Positions 38,592 to 47,431 of a DNA stretch of 64,000 bases are shown here, one piece after another. A program made the position numbers and the translations under genes. Location of the stretch: contig JACKCV010000002.1 of NCBI GenBank assembly GCA_020633825.1, positions 139,553 through 203,552 of the forward strand, given 5' to 3'. The notes beneath the pieces are model-generated. The model saw only the letters and a list, made by a program, of their open reading frames with translations, had not been told where the DNA came from and searched no databases. Source of the DNA: Fibrobacteria bacterium. Its GTDB lineage: Bacteria; Fibrobacterota; Fibrobacteria; UBA5070. Within the stretch, counting starts at the first letter, position 1; each line of letters opens with the position of its first letter.

Positions 38592-38933
38592 GCTTTTCTT
38601 ATGCTTTTCTTAAGTGGGTGGCGGCATACATTATAAACATCATACCGCCAGTTCCCTGCGGGTGGGCGGGTCGGTTCTCCAAAAGAATCGGCCCGCCTTT
38701 TTTTTGCGGAAATTCGACGCTGGTTGTGCTTCGTTCACGGTTTGAGCACAGATTCGTCGTCTGATTCCACTTCGATCCGGGAAACACCCTGCCAGTCCAA
38801 GGACTCGGGTGTAAACTGTCACGGATTGTAGCTGGATCCAGTGAGATCGCTCCCTCTGGTTCCAGGTCCTGGCGGGCCTCTCACACCGTCTGAAAATGGC
38901 CCCAAGGTTTGGTTTCGAACGCTCGAGGTTTTC

Positions 38934-41900
38934 ATGACTCGCATTCGTGGTCTGGGTTTGCTTCTTGGTATTGCCATGGTTCTGGGGATTCCCAGTTCTT
39001 CGATGGCCGGGAAGACGTTGATGTTCCTGATGGACGAGTACATCATTTCCAACACCGACTCGGTGGCGGGAACCCCTCAAGTTTGGATCCAGCACTACGA
39101 TTCGGCCGCCGCCAATGTGGGGTACTACTACGGCGCCAAGGACCTCTTCCTGACCCAGACCGACGCGTACGCCAAACCGATTCCGGTCCACAGTGCCGAG
39201 CCGGACTCCATTCCCTATCCCCGGCAGCTGGAGCGTTGGTGGTATTCGCTGCCGGATTTCAACTCGGCCCAATTCCGCGAGGGCAAGGTCCGTCTGACCA
39301 TGCAGTACATGATGGTCATGCACCGGTGGCTCAATGGAAATCCCAGCCGGATGCAGATCGATACCCAGTCCAATCGCGGCAATTCCACCACCTCGGAACT
39401 GAATACCCCGACCTCTCGCGAGATCGACAACTGCATCGATACCCTCCATGGGGACACCATCTGGATTCGGCATACGGCATCCGACAACGACTCCGTCGGG
39501 ACCATTTCCAACAACCCCAGTGCCGCTTCCATGCGTTGCTACGACCACAATCCCTTCTTCAAGAAGGTTGGAACGGTCCACGTCCTGAATCCCTGGCCGG
39601 GGAAAACCGTTTGGGCGCAGGTGGGGACGGAATGGTACCCGCTCTACGCCGAGCCGGGGCGGGCGGGTTGGGTGACGGCCTCCCTCTGGCAGGATCCGCG
39701 GACCGCGGCACCCTTCGTGGTTCGATTCGCCAATGGGGACCCTCGGGTCTCGTCCGCGGTGACGTACATGGATGCGGGCGGACTTGCCGGAAACGCCTCG
39801 GGCATCGGTTTGGATTTCACGGCCAATGCCGGCAAGAGCGTCTGGGTGATTCCGCCGACCGGGGCGCTTCCGGCTCCCACCGTTTCCACGGTCCAGCCGG
39901 CGAAGAAGCTCACGCTCATGATTCACCGGCCGGCTTGGAACGCCTCCGCGGTCCGTGTGATGTGGAAGGGGATGGATGCCAGGTTCATCGCCTCCAGCAC
40001 CGAGTATTGCGATTGGTTCAGCATGGACTTCTACGAGGGAGCCGTTCCCGAGCAGATCGTTCTGCGCCAACCCTTCGTGGATTCCCTCTTCGGGCAGAAC
40101 GGCTTGGCTGCAGCCCCGGCGCTGATGAGCAACTTCACCGACTGGATCACGGTGAATCCCGTCCTGGCCGCCAGCGGGACCTTGTGGCTCGAGACCGACG
40201 GCAACCGGGCGACCTTCCTCGGGACGGCTCCCGCCACCGCCACCATCTGCAACGAAAAGATCCTGGCCTTTTCGGCCTGGGACTTCTCCAAGATCTACAA
40301 CCCCTACAAGCCCTTCACCGAAGGGCTCGGATACAAGACGGACAACTGCCCGACCTCTGGAGGCAAGGAAACCAAGGGACTGGTCCTTCCCACCCTCAAC
40401 AGCAAGGGGGTTCCCACCTGGAGCGGCAAGGTCGACTGCAACATCGGCAACACCCTCGATGGTCCCCAGTACTGGTTCGACACCTTGGTCCGGGGAGGTG
40501 TTCCGATGAATTCCTTCACCTGCGTGCCGCTGCCCCTGACCCTGGACGCCACCGGATACTACAAGTACTCCAATCCGACGTTCTTTCCCCTGGACACCTT
40601 CACGACGTTGCGTGACGGAACACCCAACCGGTTCAACGACAAGGAATACAACAGCCGGAACAACAACTTCGGCTTCTGCATGCACGCCAAGGCTTCGTTC
40701 GAATACGTTCCGGGCTTGCAGTTCCGGTTCCGCGGGGACGACGACGTCTGGGTCTTCATCGACAAGAAACTCGCCATGGACATCGGCGGGCAGCATGGTC
40801 CCGTGGACGGGGACATCAAGCTCGACAATCTCGGCCTGAGCGAGGGCAAGTCCTACCAGTTCGACATGTTCTACTGCGAACGCCACGAACTCGGCTCGTC
40901 CATCCTGATCCAGACCACCATGAACCTGGTCCCGACCATCGATGTCGAATTCGACAGTTCGGGGGCGAAGCCGGGGGTGTACGACTACATCTCCTGGATC
41001 AAGGAGACGACCAATCGCGCCGACATCTGCCCGGAGCTGGGGGCGGCCACCGCCACCAACAAGCGCAGAGGCCCGGCCATCTACACCCTGGTGAGTCCCG
41101 ACCTCACGGAAATCACCCTGGATTCCCTGGTGGCGACGCAGTACCCGGGATTGGTGATCACCGACCTGAACTCCCACATCGCCATCGACACGGCGGCCCT
41201 GAAGAAATCGGGTCGGCTGGTCACCAGCGGTCTGTACCAGATCCGGATCAACGTCGGATCCGAGGAACGCATCGTTCCATTCACCATTTCCTCCGACGCC
41301 GTGCAGGTGTTCGGGGTGTTGCTGGACCGGAATGGAGACGGTCAGCCCGACAGCGTGGTCCTGAAGACGGACGACCAGGCGGCGTCGTTCCGTGTACCGG
41401 TTTCGGCGACCCTGCGATGGGCCGACCGCTCGGGGGTACCCGATTCGGTTTCGGTCCCCTCCACCAATCTCCACAAATATCCCGGGGATTCCACTCTGAC
41501 CGGTGGCTTCCTCCTCCCGTCCCGAACCAGTTGCCCCCCCGCCGGATGCACCGGGAACATGGGAGCCGTCTACACCGCCAACGGGGGCGACACGGTCTAC
41601 AACCCGATCGTCGAACTCCGGGATGGAATGGCTCCCGTCGCCGACAGTGCTTGGCTGATCTACGACTCCACGGGATTGGGCAAGGATACCTTGTTCGTGA
41701 TCGCCTCCGAAGCCTTGGTCGCCACCATGAAGGCTGCACTTCCCGTGGGCGATTCGGCCTTCGTCCTGACTGGTCGATCGATTGCCGCACGGCCGGTCCC
41801 CGGGACCGCCATCCTGGTCGGGAACCTCCTGAAACTTCCCATCGATCCCGCGACCAATCCCATCCAGCCCGGGGATTCCATCCGCCTGGGTGGATGGTCG

Positions 41901-44900
41901 GGCGACGTGTTCGCCAATTCGCCGCGTGAACTCTCGCGCTGGGTTCCCTTGTACGCCAATCCCGTCGCGAAGTCCTGGATGCTCGATGTCGATGGAAACG
42001 GCGCCCCCGATTCCGTGGGGATCATGGTCCGCGGGACTCTCCGTTCGGCCACCGCCGCGAAGATCCACTGGAAGACCGCCGCAGGTGTGGACACCGTGAT
42101 CCAGATGACCACCCCGACGGGAATCGGGACCGGTCTTAGGCTCCCCCCCGACATTCTCGCCAATGCGACCCTCTGCACCGGATGCTTCATGGAAGTCACC
42201 ATGGGCGGGGTGGACCAGCGGATCGTTCTTCTCGACTCCGTTCCCGCGGTGGCCTTGTCGGCCAAACTCCGCTACGGGGTCAGCAAGGACACCCTGCTGG
42301 TGGAAGTGTCGGAACCCTTCGCGATCGGAAACGCTCCCGGGGAAGGGACGGTGGCGGTGAAGGCGGCAGGGTCTGCCTCCATCCCGGGCACCCTGGTTGC
42401 GGGGCAGGCCACGGCCGGCCCCCGTTGGCTCACCCTGGTGGTGGACACCGGAGCCGTGCAAGCCGATTCCGTGCGTCTGCGCGCCTGGATCCTGGGCAAC
42501 CTGAACGTCCCGGTCGGGGCCGTCTCTCCCTACGTCCCGCTCGTCTACGGTCCCCAGCCCATCTCGGTGGCCTTGTTCGATCGCAACGGGGACGGAAAAG
42601 CCGATTGGGTGCGCTTCCACATGGTCCGCTCCGCGACCGGTGCTCCGAACCCGGCAGGGTTCGCCGTCTCCTGGGCCGGAGCCGTGGCTCGGGCGGCATC
42701 CCTTCCGAAATCCGCCGACGGTAGGACTTGGTCCGGTCCGATCGGCCCTCTTCCCTTCGGCACGGCCTGCGACGCGGGATGCCTGGGATGGGTGACGACC
42801 ATTGCCGGCGATTCCCTCTCGTTCCGATCCGCGGTCGAGGACTCGGTGCCGCCCGTCGCCGTTTCCGCCCGCCTGGGATACGGCTTGGCCGGCGATCCCG
42901 ACACCCTCGACGTCACGGCTTCGGAGCCCCTTCTCGCGGGAGCCGCGGGAGCTTGGGTGGAGACGGGAACCAACCGCTCCCTCGTCCATGGAACCCTGGT
43001 CGCCACCCCCTCCTCCAGCTCGGTGCAGGGGAAGAGGATGGTCCTCCTCGTTCCTTCGGGGACGGTTTCCGACGGCGATTCCCTCTTGCGCCTGGGGGCG
43101 CGAATGGGAGATTCCGGACGCGCATTCGTCGGCGACACCTCCGCCTGGGTACCCCTCGCCTCGTCGGTCAAGGGTGTGGCGCTCCTCCTCGATTCCGACC
43201 AGGATGGTGCACCGGACTCGATCCAGTTCGACGTGCGTGGAAGGCTCGCGGCCGGATCCGCCCGCATCGGCTGGTCCGAGGACGCCTCCGGCAAGGCCGA
43301 CGTCGTGGTGCCTTCCGGAATGGCCGGCTCCTGGGGTGGCCCCCTGGTCAAGGCGCTTCCCGTGGGAGCCACTTCCTGCCAGGTCTCGGCAGGTTGCACG
43401 GTCACGCTCGCCGATGGCACCGTGTTGCCGTTGCTGGACGGGGTTCCTCCCGTCGCGACCAAGGCCCGGTACCGGTTCGGCGCCAATGCCAACGACCCCG
43501 ACACCCTGATCGTGGACGGATCCGAAACCCTCCAACTCCAAGCCGCTGGGAACGCCTGGCTGGATTGGGGGATTCCAGGCACCCGTCGCGAGCCTGTTCC
43601 CAGTCTGCAGGCGGGTTTGGTCAACTCCAACCCCCGCTCCATCGTGGCGCTGGTGCGACTTCCCGAAGGCGTGGAGATCACCGCGACGCATGCCGGATTC
43701 GCCGTGGCTCCCCAACTCCAGGGTTTCGCGGATCTCCTCGGCAATCAGCCTGGCACCTTCAGCCCGATGGTCCCGATCGAGTTCGGTCCTCCGCCGATGA
43801 TCGGTGTCCTCGCCGATCGCAACGGCGACGGCTATCCCGAAGGTGTGAGGTTCACCATCCTGCGCAAGACTCCGGCGCCTCCCGCCGCCGATTCCTTCAC
43901 GGTCCGGTGGAACGACGAGAAGGGAACTCCGCTCACGCGCCGGATCGCCGCCTCCAGCTTGACCTGGGACGGATCGACCAGTTGGGTGGGCGACCTCGCC
44001 ACGCCCTTCCCCTACGGAGCCACCTCCTGCCTCGGATCCTGCGGCGGAGCGGCTCTCGATCCGGCCGGTGCCAGCCTGCCTCTGCGGACCCTGATCGACT
44101 CGATCCCGCCGGTTCCCGTCCAGGCGTCCTACCGGTACAGTCTGCCGGAGGAAGCCCGCGACACCTTGCGGGTCGTCCTGTCGGAGCCATGGGCCAATCC
44201 CGATCCGAACAACTCCCGTTTGACCGATGCCATCGTCGCCTTGGGCGGCGCGGGGAATTCCAACCCTCTCACGTCCGCGCTCTCGTGGTCCCTGGCCGAG
44301 GATGGCAAAACGCTGATCTTCGTCTTGGATCCCATGAAGACGGTCGTGGGTGCCAAGGACAGTGTCCGGCTGGTCGGACTCCCGACCGCTCGCGTCCACG
44401 ACGCCGCTTCGAATGCCCCCGGAGCCGTGGCTCCGTGGTTCCCGATCGACTTCGGACTTCGTCCCCCCTGGCTCTACGTCGGCCCATGGCCTGGATTCAT
44501 CAAGCGGCCCGCCGACGAAGTGTGGTCCACCTATCCGGCCGGGACACCGCCGCTCACCGTGGAATGGCGTCCCGTCAAAGGCTCGTCCAGCAATCCCGTC
44601 CCCGCCGGGGATTGGAAGTTGCTGGCCGGCTCCGGTCCCGATTCCTCCCGCTCCCTGGGCCTTCTCCTGAACTTGAACCGACCCGTGGACGGGCACCTGT
44701 ACATCTACGACAACATCGGCATCCACGTCACCGACATCTCCCTGGACATGATCGCCAAGGCGTGGGCCGATGGTGGTTCCCCGGATGCGAGCCGTCAGGT
44801 GGTGATCCGTTGGAAGGGAATCGACAAGACCGGGGCGCTTTCCTCTCCCGGTGTGTACCTGTGGCGTCTGATCCTTTGGCAGATCCCGGATGATCCCCAT

Positions 44901-44951
44901 GCCGAGAAGGAGATCACCAACACGATCTACACCTTCGGATGGGCTCCTTGA
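38934..44951 (+). CDS. Giant secreted protein (~2005 aa) with fibro-slime/PA14-like domain and five ~207-aa tandem repeats
   Basis: Signal 'MTRIRGLGLLLGIAMVLGIPSSSMA'; 'FRFRGDDDVWVFIDKKLAMDIGGQHG...YQFDMFYCERHELGSSILIQTTM' matches the fibro-slime (TIGR02148-like) signature. Confidence 0.8.
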   Translation: MTRIRGLGLLLGIAMVLGIPSSSMAGKTLMFLMDEYIISNTDSVAGTPQVWIQHYDSAAANVGYYYGAKDLFLTQTDAYAKPIPVHSAEPDSIPYPRQLERWWYSLPDFNSAQFREGKVRLTMQYMMVMHRWLNGNPSRMQIDTQSNRGNSTTSELNTPTSREIDNCIDTLHGDTIWIRHTASDNDSVGTISNNPSAASMRCYDHNPFFKKVGTVHVLNPWPGKTVWAQVGTEWYPLYAEPGRAGWVTASLWQDPRTAAPFVVRFANGDPRVSSAVTYMDAGGLAGNASGIGLDFTANAGKSVWVIPPTGALPAPTVSTVQPAKKLTLMIHRPAWNASAVRVMWKGMDARFIASSTEYCDWFSMDFYEGAVPEQIVLRQPFVDSLFGQNGLAAAPALMSNFTDWITVNPVLAASGTLWLETDGNRATFLGTAPATATICNEKILAFSAWDFSKIYNPYKPFTEGLGYKTDNCPTSGGKETKGLVLPTLNSKGVPTWSGKVDCNIGNTLDGPQYWFDTLVRGGVPMNSFTCVPLPLTLDATGYYKYSNPTFFPLDTFTTLRDGTPNRFNDKEYNSRNNNFGFCMHAKASFEYVPGLQFRFRGDDDVWVFIDKKLAMDIGGQHGPVDGDIKLDNLGLSEGKSYQFDMFYCERHELGSSILIQTTMNLVPTIDVEFDSSGAKPGVYDYISWIKETTNRADICPELGAATATNKRRGPAIYTLVSPDLTEITLDSLVATQYPGLVITDLNSHIAIDTAALKKSGRLVTSGLYQIRINVGSEERIVPFTISSDAVQVFGVLLDRNGDGQPDSVVLKTDDQAASFRVPVSATLRWADRSGVPDSVSVPSTNLHKYPGDSTLTGGFLLPSRTSCPPAGCTGNMGAVYTANGGDTVYNPIVELRDGMAPVADSAWLIYDSTGLGKDTLFVIASEALVATMKAALPVGDSAFVLTGRSIAARPVPGTAILVGNLLKLPIDPATNPIQPGDSIRLGGWSGDVFANSPRELSRWVPLYANPVAKSWMLDVDGNGAPDSVGIMVRGTLRSATAAKIHWKTAAGVDTVIQMTTPTGIGTGLRLPPDILANATLCTGCFMEVTMGGVDQRIVLLDSVPAVALSAKLRYGVSKDTLLVEVSEPFAIGNAPGEGTVAVKAAGSASIPGTLVAGQATAGPRWLTLVVDTGAVQADSVRLRAWILGNLNVPVGAVSPYVPLVYGPQPISVALFDRNGDGKADWVRFHMVRSATGAPNPAGFAVSWAGAVARAASLPKSADGRTWSGPIGPLPFGTACDAGCLGWVTTIAGDSLSFRSAVEDSVPPVAVSARLGYGLAGDPDTLDVTASEPLLAGAAGAWVETGTNRSLVHGTLVATPSSSSVQGKRMVLLVPSGTVSDGDSLLRLGARMGDSGRAFVGDTSAWVPLASSVKGVALLLDSDQDGAPDSIQFDVRGRLAAGSARIGWSEDASGKADVVVPSGMAGSWGGPLVKALPVGATSCQVSAGCTVTLADGTVLPLLDGVPPVATKARYRFGANANDPDTLIVDGSETLQLQAAGNAWLDWGIPGTRREPVPSLQAGLVNSNPRSIVALVRLPEGVEITATHAGFAVAPQLQGFADLLGNQPGTFSPMVPIEFGPPPMIGVLADRNGDGYPEGVRFTILRKTPAPPAADSFTVRWNDEKGTPLTRRIAASSLTWDGSTSWVGDLATPFPYGATSCLGSCGGAALDPAGASLPLRTLIDSIPPVPVQASYRYSLPEEARDTLRVVLSEPWANPDPNNSRLTDAIVALGGAGNSNPLTSALSWSLAEDGKTLIFVLDPMKTVVGAKDSVRLVGLPTARVHDAASNAPGAVAPWFPIDFGLRPPWLYVGPWPGFIKRPADEVWSTYPAGTPPLTVEWRPVKGSSSNPVPAGDWKLLAGSGPDSSRSLGLLLNLNRPVDGHLYIYDNIGIHVTDISLDMIAKAWADGGSPDASRQVVIRWKGIDKTGALSSPGVYLWRLILWQIPDDPHAEKEITNTIYTFGWAP
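41300..44400 (+). repeat. Five diverged protein-level tandem repeats (~620 nt each) inside the giant gene
   Basis: Each unit has a 'D(R/V/S)(N/D)GDGxPD' motif and '(D/E)S(V/I)PPVAVSARLxYG...DTLxVxxSEP'. Anchors at ~41322, 41985, 42580, 43192, 43812. Confidence 0.6.
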
Positions 44952-44988
44952 GGATTCCTGGACGCTAGGCCCTCCGCCTCTTCCCGTC

Positions 44989-45026
44989 GACCCCATCGGA
45001 TGCCTTCCGGTGGGGTCTTTCTTTTC
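44989..45026 (+). terminator. Intrinsic terminator (11-bp stem with 1 mismatch GACCCCATCGG/CCGGTGGGGTC, 7-nt loop, TTTCTTTTC)
   Basis: Located 38 nt after the giant gene stop. Confidence 0.6.
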
Positions 45027-45145
45027 TAGATCCTTCCCCCGGCACGATCCTTCACCAAGGAGTCTCCCTGACCTCGAACGTCCCACCCCCGGGAGCGCGC
45101 CCATCGCCTTCCCGGTCGCATGGTCCCTCCCTCCCTCGACAGTCG

Positions 45146-46654
45146 GTGGCATGGGTGCTGGCCGTCCTCCTTGGCCTCCTCCCGGGTTGCCAGATCCGGA
45201 CCGTGTCCTCGGAGCTGGAAGATTCCGACCGCGTGGCCTACGATCCCCAGGCGGAGCCCGGAGGAGGGATCCTCAAGCTCCGGATCCCGGAACCGGGACG
45301 GGATGCGGAGGAAGTGCTCGAGCCCGTCCCGCACGCCGAGACACCGCCCGGACAGCTTGCCGGAAATTGGTCGGAGGAGCTCGCGCTGGTTCCGACCCCC
45401 GTCTGGTCCTATTCGAAGGAGTACTGGTGGGGCTGGTTGCTGCTCCATCTGTTCGCCATCGAAAGGGACCGGTTGGTGGATCCCCGTCGCTGGAGGACGC
45501 AGGGTCTGGAGTCCCTCTACGTCGCGAGCACCCGCACGGGAGGGACCCACGACCGCTTCACCCGCTACATCCCGCCCGCGCAAGCCTCCCAGGTGACCTC
45601 CTACCTCACCGGAGAATCGAAGGAGCACGCCTTCGGATTCTTCCTGCGCGCCCTCGCCGGAGACACCGCCGTCGTCGGTTCGGTGGTCGCGGGAAGCCCG
45701 GCCCACCAAGCCGGGTTGCGAAGGGACGATCGACTCCTCGAGCTCGATGGCGAGGAATACCGCAGCCGGGTCGCCACCATCGATCGGACCCGGCCGCAGA
45801 AGCATTCCCTGTCCTTCTACCGACCCGCGGACGGCAGGGTCCGGACCGTCGACATGACCACCTCCGTGGTCCGGTTCCCGTCGGTGTGGGCCGATACCCT
45901 CGACGGCGGAGTCGGATACGTCCAGATCATCCAATTCCTGTCCGAACCTCAGGATCGGACGGATTCGGTTTTCGTCTCGGCCCTCGCGGAGATGCAGGCG
46001 ATCCGGAGGGAGGGGAGGGGCTGGATCCTCGATCTGCGAGGAAACGGTGGAGGGACGATCGCCTCCTCCCAGGGCGTGGCGGGAGCCCTCCTCGGGGAGG
46101 GCGTTCCCCTCGTGCGCGTGACGGATCGCGACTTGCAGACCGGGCCTTCCCGGCTCCAGGGGGTCACCCGGACGCGTTTCCTGGAAAGCACGGCGGAATG
46201 GAAGGTCCCGGTGCCACCGGGAACCGTCCTCGTGCTCCAGGACCAGGGGACCGCATCCGCCTCGGAAATCCTGATCAACGGATTGAGGGAGAATCTCCCT
46301 GCGCAGGCGATGATCAGCTTCGGAACCCTGTCCTACGGCAAGGGGATCGGACAGGTGTACCTGGAGTCCCCCTTGGGGGGCCTCTATGCCGTGACCTGCA
46401 TGCACATCGATCCACTCCAGGCACCTCGATACCATGGCGTCGGCATCGAACCCGATCGCAAGACGACCTCCGACGAGGCCCTCCGGACTGCGCTGCTCGA
46501 ATTCGCCGATCCCGCCGGTGCCGCCCGTCTCGCGCCTGCGGCACTGGTCGGAGGTGGGGAACGATTCGCCTTGGACTGGAATCGGAGGCGGGCGAGTCGA
46601 AAGGTCGCGCCGTTGCGGACCGTCTCGCTTCCGGGGGGTGTGGGGATCTTCTGA
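45146..46654 (+). CDS. S41-family C-terminal processing peptidase (lipoprotein, PDZ-containing)
   Basis: Lipobox 'LLGLLPGC'; 'LDLRGNGGG', 'GTASASEILINGL', 'YGKGIGQ' S41 motifs; GTG start. Confidence 0.85.
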   Translation: MAWVLAVLLGLLPGCQIRTVSSELEDSDRVAYDPQAEPGGGILKLRIPEPGRDAEEVLEPVPHAETPPGQLAGNWSEELALVPTPVWSYSKEYWWGWLLLHLFAIERDRLVDPRRWRTQGLESLYVASTRTGGTHDRFTRYIPPAQASQVTSYLTGESKEHAFGFFLRALAGDTAVVGSVVAGSPAHQAGLRRDDRLLELDGEEYRSRVATIDRTRPQKHSLSFYRPADGRVRTVDMTTSVVRFPSVWADTLDGGVGYVQIIQFLSEPQDRTDSVFVSALAEMQAIRREGRGWILDLRGNGGGTIASSQGVAGALLGEGVPLVRVTDRDLQTGPSRLQGVTRTRFLESTAEWKVPVPPGTVLVLQDQGTASASEILINGLRENLPAQAMISFGTLSYGKGIGQVYLESPLGGLYAVTCMHIDPLQAPRYHGVGIEPDRKTTSDEALRTALLEFADPAGAARLAPAALVGGGERFALDWNRRRASRKVAPLRTVSLPGGVGIF

Positions 46655-46846
46655 TTCCAGGAAGGGAAACGATCCGCACAACGGGGATGCCGGGGACAAC
46701 CCCGTCACGCGTCTGGAGGGGGCTTCCCTGCGATGGAATGAGGTTCGGAATCCGCGTCGGGCTGGGCGCCCTCCCCCCATGGCCGGGAAAGCCCACGGAA
46801 ATCGGCGGGAGCGATTCCCGCGTATCCCGTTCGTGAGAGGGTTCGA

Positions 46847-47374
46847 TCAGCGACGCATTTGCACGGGGAAGCCGTCGAGTCGGAAGGATTTCAGATCGAC
46901 CCGGGCGGCATCGGCCGCTTCCCGACTGGGGAAGTTGCCCCAGCGGATCTTGTGCATTCCGTTTTCCTCGACCAGGACCAAGGTGCCGGGGCCGAGGATC
47001 TTCTCCAACCGGCCTTTCTCCTTGGTGGCCGCCTCGAGGTTGGAGAGGGCCGCGATCTGGATTTTCCAGACCGGTGCGAGGTCGGGGGGCGTCTCCGAGG
47101 CCACGGCGGCGACGGGGGCGGGCTCCACGGGGATCTCCGGCGAGACGGGTGCGACGGGGGCGGCGGCCACGGGTGGCGGCGGCGGGGGGGCGGCGGAGTT
47201 GGGTGCCGGTGCGGGTTCCACGGCGGGCGATTGGGGAATCTGCGTCGCCGGAGCGGGTAGCGAAGGGCTCGCGGGGGGCGTCGCCTTGGAACCTCCGGGC
47301 AGGGGGATCCAGGGGCGTGAATCGAGTTCCCCACGCAAAACGGTCGCGTCACCGGCGAGAAGGGACAAAATCAT
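46847..47374 (-). CDS. SPOR-domain protein (TM anchor, Pro-rich linker, C-terminal SPOR)
   Basis: C-terminus 'VWKIQIAALSNLEAATKEKGRLEKILG...KIRWGNFPSREAADAARVDLK'; start may lie a few codons further upstream. Confidence 0.7.
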   Translation of the reverse strand: MILSLLAGDATVLRGELDSRPWIPLPGGSKATPPASPSLPAPATQIPQSPAVEPAPAPNSAAPPPPPPVAAAPVAPVSPEIPVEPAPVAAVASETPPDLAPVWKIQIAALSNLEAATKEKGRLEKILGPGTLVLVEENGMHKIRWGNFPSREAADAARVDLKSFRLDGFPVQMRR

Positions 47375-47431
47375 GCTGGTTGTGATGAGGATGGTCGGAA
47401 GCACGGATCGAAGTCTAGAATTCCTTGTCTC

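Noticed and set aside
38640-45152. 2170-aa minus-strand ORF antisense to the giant fibro-slime gene
   Set aside because: G/R/P-rich composition and no motifs; the plus-strand frame carries signal peptide, a PA14-like domain and coherent internal repeats.
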